From: Tubiluchus corallicola
Lineage: Eukaryota > Animalia > Priapulida
Reading direction: 5' to 3'
Assembly (NCBI GenBank): GCA_030141605.1
Contig: JAQGDQ010000127.1
Span: 62,001 to 126,000 of the forward strand
DNA: 64,000 bases
The position numbers and the translations under genes were made by a program. Numbering within the stretch: position 1 is the first letter of the stretch; every line of letters begins with the position of its first letter. The notes beneath the pieces were generated by a model. It was not told the DNA's origin and searched no databases. It saw only the letters and a list, made by a program, of their open reading frames with translations. Shown here piece by piece: positions 1-12,700 of the stretch.

Positions 1-711
1 GAAGTGAATTTAGACAACCTAAGCTTGTGATTAATCTATGGTACACCGAGTGTTATTTATTTGTAAGTGACAATTTCAGTGCCATAAGTACATATCAGAG
101 CTACTCATGAGAATTTGCAGAAGCATCATAAAATCAATGAACAGTATTGTAGACTAAAACTACAGGCATATTTCTGTGAGCAATAAATAATGACAATATA
201 AATTTAATTGAGGCCATTTTATTCGATGCATTGCCCAAACGTAATCTGTACTTTTAACATATTTTGGCATTGTGCCATTATAATGATCAATGTTATTTAC
301 AATGATGGGTGTAACAAAGTGACATACTTTCATATAAAGTGAAGTTTAACTTAATAAAATAAGTCACTAAAATGACTGTCGTTGCTTATACATTAACAAA
401 TTGTCTTTTATCTAAATATGAGAACTTGAAAATCCCAGTTATAGTAAATATGATTGCATATAACTTTGCTCAGGCTTAGAACCTTAGGCCATTATTGAGA
501 TTTCACATTATTACAGAAAGTGCAAATTATCTTACTATTTCAACTAAGTAAAGTATAAAATTTATTTGGAATCGGAGCATGTTATATTTGCAGGATGACT
601 GCAAACAGACAGGACATTTATGACTGTGTGAAGAAGTTCCTTCTCCACTGTTCTACCTGCATTATAAAACAATAGCTACAATAATCCATTTCCCTGAACT
701 GCTCTTTTAAG

Positions 712-3700
712 CTAAAAACTCATAGGAAGGTCCTGTGGTGATTGACTTATTGAATAAGCATCTAAAAAGGTACTATGAGTTTTGAGATAAGCTTGCTGAC
801 GTTTCTGTCTTATGAGTAAAGCTGCTAATATTCCAGCTATAAATACGATGAGTAGTATCACACTTGAACCAGCAGCTAACGAAACCTTAGATAGGCACAC
901 ATCAGAATTTGTCAAAACGGTGGCCTTGTTCTGCAGTGGTGACTCCTTTTGCAATTCTGAAAGTAGAAGTTTGCATGTTAAATTTAACCACTTAAGTTGA
1001 GTATTGTCAGCAGAATTCAGCATATGAAGTACTTGTACATGTATGTGTTTAATATTCGATTTTTTTTAGTATAAGTACCTTGCTTAAGCTCTGCTTCCTC
1101 ACTTGGCACGAACACTCGTATGCTATTGAAGACTTGGTCACTTTTAACATCTTTGTCAGAGAAAGTCACTGTTAACTCTCTCTTCTTTCGCTTTCCAATA
1201 GGTAAACCTGGCGGTGTTTGAGATTGTGTGAATGGGTTAAATGTTTGTCCTGGATCATGTGTCACGGGACGGCGTCTTCCATCGCATACAGGCTAAAAGT
1301 TTAATATTGAATTTGGTTTATAATTCAGTTGATTAAGATTAAAATAACTCGAACATTACTATTTTGAAAATGATTATATCTTTCCTTGCTTGGGTTCTCA
1401 CCCATTTCCCATATTGAAAATGCACATTTTTGAATTTTTATGTGGTTGAGGAATGACCGAAAGAGCTTGGAGTGGGCAGTTAAAAGATTATAAAAAATTT
1501 TGGTAACAAAGTTTAAGAAGACAATATATGCCAACCTTATAAAGATAAAAACAAAAAATCGAGGTTTTTAGAGTTGTTTCTTTTTTGTTTTACTGTAATT
1601 ATTAAGGAAATAATTATTTGTAATTCATCTGTTGTGGTGAGTGGAGTTTTCTAGTGGAGTGAAACGTTTGTAGATAAATGTTGTCGTAATATTATTAAAG
1701 TGTTAGGCCAGTTAAACAAAATTCAATTACTTCAAAATTGTGTCAGGCTGCGGTAAGTGGAAGCATGTTTCTGGCTTTTTGCACATGAAGTTTTTGCTGC
1801 TAAATGACGAAATGTTATATTCATTGCATTACAACCAATGTATTTTACATACTTGTATTTTTACACTCTTACATACAGCACTTTAAAGGCTGATTAAATT
1901 TTTTTCCTAGCTGAAAATGCATTTGTAGTAAGTTAAATGTATCCTGCCGAATTAGAGAAGTACGTAATGTGTCAGTTTTTACCTCAAAACATTTATCCAC
2001 ACAGACATTACATTGGCAATCAAAATAGACATCTGGAACATCTGGAAACTTGAAAACTTTGAAGTTTGCTGCAAGTCTAGTTCCTAAATCTGTTCTTTCT
2101 TTTTGAACTGCTTGAATGAATTTGGAATGAAGAGGACACCTATGTAAAAGATAAGAATACTATGCATCAAAGTTAAATGAGCAGTATATTAGCAAGTGGG
2201 CAATTTCGGATCCATTGCATCAGCACAGTAAAAAAGTTACTTTTTCAGATTACGTCAAGCATATTCTTACCCGTTCTCATCTATGAGATCTACACTACCC
2301 ATTCCCATTCCATCATGTGCAGTGCATGATGTTGCAATGATATCAAATGCACCTGCAAAGATCAGAATTTGTCAAAAGTCAAATAAATTAAATGTTATAC
2401 TTTCATTTTTAGATGTGTACTAACAACAAAAATAGATTTAGCATTAACTAAGCTATAATGCTGAGAAAAAGGATTACTTGAAATCTGAATCAGGCACATA
2501 CAGATGCTTTTAGTGCATTGCTACAGTGTGTAGGAAAATGGGGGCTTACCATTTGTCCTAATTTCCCAGATGAGGGTACCCACGTCACCCAACACGAGCC
2601 TTTCGATTCCTGGACCACCTACCGCAGGTCCACGTACAACTCTAAATGTACAGTCTGGTGCTGGCATGCCACCTTCCACAAGTGTGCTTTGCAGTGGCCT
2701 ATAAAAATGACGTGTATCAATTCAATGAATTAATGTTTGTTACTATATCCCATGATGTCGGTCTTGTTAATAATGTGTTAGGGAAGATTCAGAGAAGTGG
2801 TAGCCTTTCGTAAACATTCTTAAAAAAGTTAGTCACCGAATAAATATGGAAGTAGTCAACATCTTTCAGTCATTTATTTATTGCATTTAAATTTCAAAAA
2901 TTGTTTTTGGCAGTCCTTTAAGTAAAATTGCAATCGAACAAAAAGTCAGAATTTTGCTAGTGATCCAGTTGGTCCAGTTCAAATTAGAAATCAGCTCACT
3001 AAGATTTGTTTTTTTATTACTTACGTATTTAATTTTTCTTAGGATGGTTAAATTTTATTCCAGGCCACTCATATCAATGATATAAGGCTCGAGTCCAAAT
3101 GCTGCTTTTTTGCTTTTAAACTTGTAACGAGTGATGAGACGCAGTGTTTTGCTCGTAAAAATAAATTATTATTATTATGACTGTATGATTATTTTTTTAA
3201 ATAATACAAAGTTTAGTGATGGTAATGTGAATTACTGCTTTGAACTGGTGCTAATGCCTGAATTGAGTTCATAGTTTCCTTGTGAATCTTTAAGGTATAT
3301 TTTGTTTTATTCAATGTCTGCTTTTCACAAAGTCTTATGTGCTTCTTGGGGTTTTATTATCAGATGTCTTATTAACTATCTTCAGGGACTTCAGAAAAAC
3401 ATTATATGAGTTTTAGAAACAGTTGTTACACTTTATAAGTTTAATAGAAATTGACTTATTATGTGTTATAGCTCTGCTTTAGATATTATTATTGTGAGAT
3501 TCAAACGTAGAACTCTAAAATGGAACTCGCATTCTAGCAATTTCGACTCGGGGCTTTAATAGAGAAGTAAGTGTTACGCACTTGAAAATAAGATACATAT
3601 GCAACAAAAGGATAATGCGATAACTACTTACGGAACGCTGACACCCCAGTCGACACCTTCCTGCTGATCTCTTCCAAAGTCACAGCTAACCCTATACGCT

Positions 3701-6700
3701 CGATCCCAAGCTTCTAATATTCCTAGTTCAGGTGCTGTCATAACTACAATGGTATTGGTGAACACTGCCGTTCCTCCAAACTCTGTTGTCTGCAAGATGA
3801 TAAACACTTTACCTTACACCTTGTGGAACTTAACATCTGAATGTTGTAGACTTGAAATGCTGTGATGATGTTAAATGTCATTTTAAAGTTGTAATTTAGT
3901 GCATTTTTTATTGACATTTAATGAGTATTTTCCCGTAATGGCCCTAATATAACTATGTAAAGTGTGCATTTACCACTACTGAACTCTGAACATTTATCAG
4001 TGTTTGTTTCTTTAGCAGTCAGTCTGTCGAGTTTGTTATAAGCGATTTATTACTATCAGTTGTTATTGACTACTTACAGATCTTGTACCTTCTGTTCCAC
4101 AACCATCAAGGGGAATTTCAAATAGCAAACTCTGTCTGCCAGTGCCAATAGTTCTACACTGATCTGCTTTGAAATAGTTTTTGGTAAAAATAAGTCCATC
4201 AAATCTCCTGTCGAATCGAATGGTCACCCTCATGGCATTTCTATTCATGTCACACATAACTTGAACGTCTGTTAAGAAGAGATGCAAAAAGTCATACAAG
4301 ATTAATTGACAACAGCCCGAGACCAGTGCTCGCGGTTTTCAAATTTATTTTCTCACCTTTAAGCTTTCCCTTCTATTGTTATAAATTCGCATCATGGCCA
4401 GTTTCGAAGTGATCTGCTAACCAAATTGTGAGTATGGCTCAATCTTAATTAGAAAAGCCACAGTGTGTGTTTGTATTTGCTTTGAAGCAGGCGAATATAA
4501 GCTGGTAACACTTCTCAAATTTTCAAGCACTGAATTTTAACTTTAAAAAACAAGTACAGCTTTTTATAAATGGAATATCTTTGATAAACGTATAGGAAAT
4601 ATAGGTCTCATTATCTTGTAACTGCGTACCGCAAGTACACACTATTATGACCGAAATAGTCTTATGTAGCTAAAATTTGACAATATCGCTTAGCCTTATA
4701 TTAATTTTACCTTCCACATTAGCCCCATCCATTTCTAATGGATAATACTCTGTATTGCGTTCTGCTAATGGTCTAATGAACCGGCGCCCCTGTTCACCAC
4801 GACCAGCTGCCGTTTGTGTTCCAACATTCGCTGACACTGTTTGTGGTGGGATCCCGCTTATTTGCTGTGGTGGAACGTCCGGTTGTGGACCTCTGGTTGG
4901 TGGTTTTGGTCTCGTGGTTTGCTCTCTGAAATTCCGTATCATTTTTTGTGTTGTAAAATCGAGGTACAAATAATACACATTTTTAGCACACTGTGCTGTA
5001 GTGTTGTTAACTGCACGATGTGATGTTGATTTTGGATCATACGATATACTTTTTCCCATCGATACAACATCGATGCTAGAATTCTTTTTTTATACCATAT
5101 GACACATTTTTAAAATCGGTATATTTTTCGGAAAATCGACCTAATATGAACAATAAAAACATGTTTAAATTAAAGACAAACTAGCAAACAATTAATTTCT
5201 GTTTGAATTGCGCGAATTTGATGATTTCCTTTTCTTGAATGTAGAATTCGTTAGAATGTTAATTAGAATTAGAAAAGAAGTGCAAGTGCAAATGTAAGTA
5301 GTTGTAGTACAGATATACATGGATCTGCGATATGAGTGTGAAACTTCTTGGTTTCGATACCATAACATGTTTTTGTGATGGTGTCGATACGATAACGATA
5401 CTAGGCTACTTCCTATATCGATTTGATATGATACGGAATATGGATAATTATCATTTAATAAGGCTAATATGCTGACACTAACACTGCTCTTGTTATTAAC
5501 ATTGTGTATAAACTTGAAAAATCACACTTGCCTGTCGAAATACTTTTCATATGGATTAGTTGGGGTTCCAGTGGAAGGCTTTGGATATGGTTCAAATGCA
5601 CCGTGATCTGGTCGTGATTCATCTGGTATTTGGAATGGAGGTCTAAGTGCCCTGCCAGCATCCAACACGTCGGGACCTGTAAAATAACTCGTAATTAATA
5701 ATAAAAATGATATATGTGCACGCATTCGCTAAAAGGTGACATGTATGACTAGTTAGATTCTTAAAATAGTATTGACCAAACATATAAAATCTGCACAAGA
5801 AGCTATATGTGACCTATCTCTAGTGGCTAATTAAATGCATTGGCCATTATTAGATGTGCATTACACTCTTTACAAATAAATTGGCATGTGACTTTTAATA
5901 TAATAAGCAAATGTTTGCATGAGCCATTAATTTTTTTCAATTATCACGTTTATTATTGTTTATTAAAAGCCTTGTTTGACAAAGAGGAATTTATTAAAAA
6001 CTTTTATGATTAGTTCTACAATTCATTAATAATTTGTGCATAAATCTCTTCTTTTTTGTAAAAATTCATTATTGTAAAACGTAAACGATTCTCACTTTTG
6101 CAGTCACTATTTTTCGAAATGAACAAATCTGGATCTTTTCTAGCTGCACAGTTAAAAATGCAAGGATTTGAATACGTTTTTCCATCGCTTCCACATACTG
6201 GATTGTATTCCTTGGTGCATATACATTCTTCTTGAATGACCTGTGGTTCTGTAAAAATATTAAGCTTAATTTAGACACATTTTATTTTTGTTTCACTTTC
6301 TTTTACTTCGAATACTTTTGGTTTCTGTGCAGAAGCCTGAGTGAAAATAATTGTCTATACCTAGTCTTAGTGACATTTCCAAAAATTCATTATTATCTTT
6401 TTAGGAATTTAAAAGACCGCCTGTTGTGAAACTTTTGCTTTTACCTTCTCTGCATTCGCCCAGGTAGGCAATAGCCAAGTTTGGACTCTTTTTCACTTCA
6501 CACTGCAGTTCACATGGGTTGCCATAAGTCTTACCATCATCCCCACAGATTGGATTGTATTCTTGTGTGCAGATGCACAAATTTGGGTCTAAAATGGTAA
6601 TAATACTGGTGTACATAAACACTGTTATGACTATTACTCAGGTTTCCGTTTGCTTCATTATAAACACTGTACACATTCTTTTAAACAACAATAAAATTTT

Positions 6701-9700
6701 TGGACACGTAAGTGGGTACAAATTGTAAAACCTTGTGTTGGAACATTATTAAGAAACTGATTTTTTCAGTCAATAAATAACAGATTTTTATTTCACAAAC
6801 TAGAAATTAAGGAGAACTGCCTTTACTTGTTCGTTGATAATTCTATTTTTAAGTTACGTCAGCGTTTTTTTTTAGAATTTTCGAAGGTGTTTTCTAAAGC
6901 ATTTAAAAGATCACCTGCTGCAAAATTATCGCTCTTACCTTCTCTGCATTCACCCAGATATGCAATAACCAAGCTTGGATTATTTCTTGTTTCACACTGT
7001 AGTTCGCATGGGTTGCCATAAGTCATACCATCATTTCCGCAGACTGGATCATATTCATCTGTGCATATGCACAGATTTTGATCTATATAAAAATTATTCA
7101 TGATCATAACGAGTGTGATCAGTTCCTTACGGTGCTACTGTTTGTTTGTACGTAAGTACTGTCTATAATAACACAAGGACAAAATGAACAACAAAAGTTT
7201 CAACAAAAAAATACTGTATTCTTTTTTGGATCCCAAACAGTGTCAATCAAGGAACTCATTTATTGAATCAACAAATAACAGCTTTTATTTCACCGTAACA
7301 GTCATATAAAATAAAAAATATAATATTTTAAAATAATATAAATAGCTATATGAATAGCTTCAGTTTGTGTGCACTGTGCAGACAAATGTGAGATTTTAGT
7401 AGCTAGTTTCTTTTCGCGTCATAATTAATGTTAATGAAAAAGCCTGCGATTAACTGTAACGTTTAAGCCACAGTTGTTCATTTCCCGTACATTTTGGACG
7501 ATAACCTTTGCATTGGTGATTCTGGCCCAATTGCTATCTAAGACGTTCAGCATTCTGTTAATGTGATTTATCGCGGAAAGTAACATCCATTATGACAAGG
7601 GGTTTCCTACATTCTCTTGGCCTTTTCAGACATAGCACTGATTAACTTAAAATTATCATTAAAAGTGGGTTGGTTCTATTGCTGGATTATAGGATAGTAT
7701 AGGCTGCCGCCTAGCGCCCTTTAATAAAGGGGCCCAACCCCTAATAGGTCTTGCAAAAACATTGTAAAATAAATTTTTTGGGGGAAATAAGCATAATATT
7801 TTAGTACTTTACAATGATAAATTTCTTTAAAATAAAATATCAACTTTAAAAGAGGCATCCCGAAGTCTGAAAAAAAGGGGAAATTAGCATAATATTTTAG
7901 TATTTTACAATGTTAAATTTATTTAAAATAAAATATCAACTTTAAAAGAGGCGTCCCCGAAGTCTGAAAACCCAATTTTAAAAAGTGGTGTTTCTTTCTG
8001 GCTCCTTATTTTAGACCCTGTTGAGGAGCATCATAATTTCATTAGCCTAGAACCCCCAAAAGGTCATGATCCGGCTCTGGTTGGTATCCATCACTTCGCA
8101 ACTATCTACAAGGTACTGCCGTTGTGTACTAGATACCGCCTGCAAAGAGCCAACCTGTATAGACAATACCTCGCTATAACAAAACAACAACAAAAAACGA
8201 TATCACATTTTAAGTGGATGACTTTGACCCGTGACTTATTGCAATGAAGTATTTCTTCTATCACATCAGTGTGTCTTTCTACTAAAGATCAATTGCTGTA
8301 GTGAGAAATTAAAATAAGCACGCTGACTCACACTGCTAGGCTCCAACAATACTGTTAAATTTTGCTTTTTGCGTACATTTTTATTATGACGTTTGTTCTT
8401 CATCATGCACAGTGTCACACGTTTATTTGTTGTGTTTTAATCTATACATGAGCGTTGAGTTTGTATTTTCACGTTCAGCATAATATTTACACCTTGGTTA
8501 AAATTGACGTTACTATTTTGATTTTTTACTTTGCTAACCCTAAAAATCTTAAAATGGCACTGTGATGCCCATATTTATCAGCCAAAATATGCTTTTATTT
8601 AAACTGAAGTAATTGTGCTACAACATCAGCATAAAATCATTCTAATGCAATGCAAGAAATCATACTGACCTGGACAATCAATAGAAAGTAAACTTGGATT
8701 TGTCCTTCGTGCACAGTCAAATTCACATGGATTTGGATACATATTCCCATCGCTTGCACATACAGGGTTGTACTCTCTTGTACAGAAACAACCATCTGGT
8801 TCCAATGGCTGTGGACTTGGTGCTTGTGTTGTTTCTTGTGGACAGTCAACTATCCTTAATGTTAAGTCTATTCTTTGTGCGCAGTCAAATTCACATGGAT
8901 TAGGATACATATTCCCATCGCTTGCACATACAGGGTTGTACTCTCTCGTACAGAAACAACCGTCTGGTTCCAATGGCTGTGGACTTGGTGCTTGAGTTGT
9001 TTCTTGTGGACAGTCAACTATCCTTAATGTTAAGTCTGTTCTTCGTGCGCAGTCAAATTCACATGGATTAGGATACATATTCCCATCACTTGCACATACA
9101 GGGTTGTACTCTCTCGTACAGAAACAACCGTCTGGTTCCAATGGCTGTGGACTTGGTGCTTGTGTTGTTTCTTGTGGACAGTCAACTATCCTTAATGTTA
9201 AGTCTATTCTTCTTGCACAGTCAAATTCACATCGATTTGGATACATATTTCCATCGCTTGCACATACAGGATTATACTCTCTTGTACAAGCACAACGTTC
9301 TGGTTCCAGTGGTTGAGGACTTGGTACTTGTGTTGTTTCTTGTGGACAGGCAACTATCCTTAATGTTAAGTCTATTCTTCTTGCACAGTCAAATTCACAT
9401 GGGTTTGGATACATATTCCCGTCGCTTGCACATACAGGGTTATACTCTCTTGTACAAGCACAACGTTGTGGTTCTATGATTTGTGCTTGCGTGGTTTCTA
9501 CAACTGTTGCTTCTGTCGTTTCTCGTGGACAGTCAACAATACGTAATAGTAGATTAGTCCTTTGTGCGCATTCGAATTCACAAGGATTGCCATACATCAT
9601 ACCATCATTTGCGCACACAGGATTGTATTCTCTTGTACAAAAGCATGCATCAACTGCCTCAGTCGTTTGTTGAGGACAGTCAACCATTAGCAGAGTGGGA

Positions 9701-12700
9701 TTATTTTTTTGGGAGCACTCAAATTCGCAAAAATTAGGATACATTGCCCCATCGTTAGCACATACGGGTTCATACTCTCTTGTGCAGAAACAGAGCTCCT
9801 GGTCTATTGGTTGTGACGGAGAAGACTCCTCAGTAATTTTCAATGGTGGTTCGGGACAATTCGTGAAGCTTACTTTTGGTCCTATTATGGGTGTATCCTC
9901 ATGGTACCCAATTGTTTCGCTCACAGCATCATACACACCTGGTCTTTTATTAAAATGATAGGTCTATTATTGATTGGTAATAATAATATTTTTTACTAAA
10001 ACTTAAAACGATTTTATCCATTTTTACCAGTTTTTGCTGAAACATTTTTAAAAAGCAACAAACGGGAGGACTAGCTATTTAGTAGCTACCCATTTTATAA
10101 GAACAATAAATTGTTAATTTGTAAGCCTCTGACACTAATATTTAAATTTTTAAACAGAGAACACGAAGAAACTATAAATATTAAAATTTTAAAATTACGA
10201 AAGATCACAAGCGAAAATGTAGGCTAATTTATTATCGCTTTTAATACGAAATGATTGAAAACTTGAAATGGAAATTTTTTCTGCTTTATGAAACGAGGTA
10301 ACTTGGATGCTTTTTAAGTCACAAAATGGTTGAACTTTAATATTATCAGTGCTCCTATGCACGTGTAGTGTTAAGATATCTAGAACAAAAGTATGGCCGA
10401 TTGAGAATTGTATGAAATCTAAAAAAATAATTATTAAAAGAACGCGATGTTAGATTTATAAAGCTGACAAAAAACGTAATCCTTACCGAACGGGAAATAA
10501 TAAATGCACATTTTCCAAGGTTAAATCTGTTGCTTCTGTGGCATATACCGGCTTTGTGAATTGGATAATCTGTCTAGAATCTTGCGACTCAGCCATTTCT
10601 ATTTCCAAGTCTTGTTTTTCTATAGCGGAAGGCTGCCTTCTTCCAGATGCCCAACTGAAAGACAGCATTGTACATTGTAGAACATAACATATAATAGGCC
10701 TATAAAGGAAGTTTCACAACTTGGCAGAATAGAATAAGACCTGTCGAAAGTACGACCTTAATGATATTTATTCACCTATTTTAAAGTTATGACAGTAGCA
10801 GGAGGACTGATTGTGCTGTTAACGCTACATGCAATCATTTATTTCTGCAGTAACAATAACACATGCAATTATAATTGATATTACTACAGTTCAGTAAGCC
10901 TACGCCGTTTATCGTAAATGATTGTGGAGGGTTTCGACATCAATCTCTAAAAATTTAATTGCCTACTTAATCTGTAATACTGTTGAATGAAATTTTGATA
11001 AGGTCATGATAATAGCCAGATTTTACTGGAAAAGCAAGAATCATGGTGTCAAGTGGTTATGCAAAATCATCAATTTAATCAGGTTTATTAATAATTTTGA
11101 GTATGTTGGGCTATAGAACGTGCCTGTTTGCGCATTTTTGCAAAAACATCAATTTGATTAGGTTTATTAATAATTTTGAGTAGGTTAGACTTTTAGAACC
11201 GTGCTGGTTTGCGCATTTTTATATATGCAATTCGGCACGCTGCAAGTTGATATGAGCATGCGACGGCAGTTGGCAGGTCCTACTAATTATCTTATATCAT
11301 TCATATTAAATTATCATTGTGTACAGACGTGACATTGTATAAGACATCATGCGTAGTAGTAGTGACCTACAAAAAACTTGCACTGTAAGTATTGCGTTTT
11401 ATACTGCACATATGATACTGCTAACGAATGATAGCTGTTTTGGAAATTTATTGCGCAGATTTTAGCATCCCATTAAAAAGAAATTTATTTGTTTCGGTAA
11501 ATCAACAATAAAAGTCACTTAACAGATAAAGAAGAATGTAAATAAATTTTATATAGTGGGTTGTTTATGAAATGAATATTGTTCTTGTTGTAAATAATTT
11601 GGGAAGGGTCATTGGGTATTTGAGAGTTTCATATAGACGTTTCATGTGCTTAGCTTTCCGAAATACAATAATTACAGAACTATTGTTTTGAAACAAGAAG
11701 CCCATAATTATTGCAAAATAACATCTTATTAGAAGATTTTCTTTATTTCAGAGTACTGAAGTATCAGATCGAAAGAAGGAATTTGATGTGTGGCACCTCA
11801 TTTGTACCTTCCCATAAGATCTAACTCCTGCTGAAAACTTGAAACACTTTGCAAACATATTTCCCTCGCAATTTCATTCAAATTTCCAGCAAAATTCTAT
11901 AATGTATTTCAGCGATTTCATCCTTTGCATAGCATGAGAAAAGCATGTATAAGCCACATTGGTTCTGTGTTAATCAGTCAATTGTTGCATTCACAAATAA
12001 GTAACATGTCTATTCTTGCGATAAACACATTTTTGTATAATAAAAAGATTTTTTATATTAAATAAAACAAATCAAAACTTACGCATCAAAAAGCCTTCCT
12101 GTGGTTCCGCTTGGATCTACCCAACCATAAGCAATGTCTGACATAGCCTGCAGAACAAAAAAGCCGCAAAATGAATCTTGCATATCCTAAGTAACTAGCA
12201 ATTCCGGAAAACTGTCCTCTAAACAGTGTAAACTTTGTAATATTATTGCTGTCGATTGATCTGATGTTTGGAAATCGCGGAAGACGCGTATCTCAGCCTC
12301 GACAGAATTTCATAAACCTCGAGTCCTCCGTCTGCTGTCTGATTCTATCCATTTTACACTTGGCCCCTTCTCTTATTCTCTCTCTCACTCACTCACTGAC
12401 TCACTCACTCACTCTATCTATCCATCCATCCATCCATCCATCCATCCATCCATCCATCCATCCATCCATCCACCCATCCATCCATCCATCCATCCATCCA
12501 TCTATCTATCTCGTTTTATATTCTACGCTATCAGTGGGGCAATGGCAGGAAAATCAAATCAAAGGGCGGCTAAATTCTGTTTTAACTTAGAGCTAACGTA
12601 ACTATAGTCTAGGGGCTCTTGCAAAATAATCCAACGGCCCTTACTAGGTAAATGTTTTGCTCTTCAACAATGCAATACAATTTTGAAATGATAAAACTGA

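Noticed and set aside
8637-9958. Several plus-strand and alternate-frame ORFs over the Kazal exon
   Set aside because: Shadows of the repetitive minus-strand coding sequence
12246-12590. IHPS-repeat ORF
   Set aside because: (ATCC)n microsatellite in an intron
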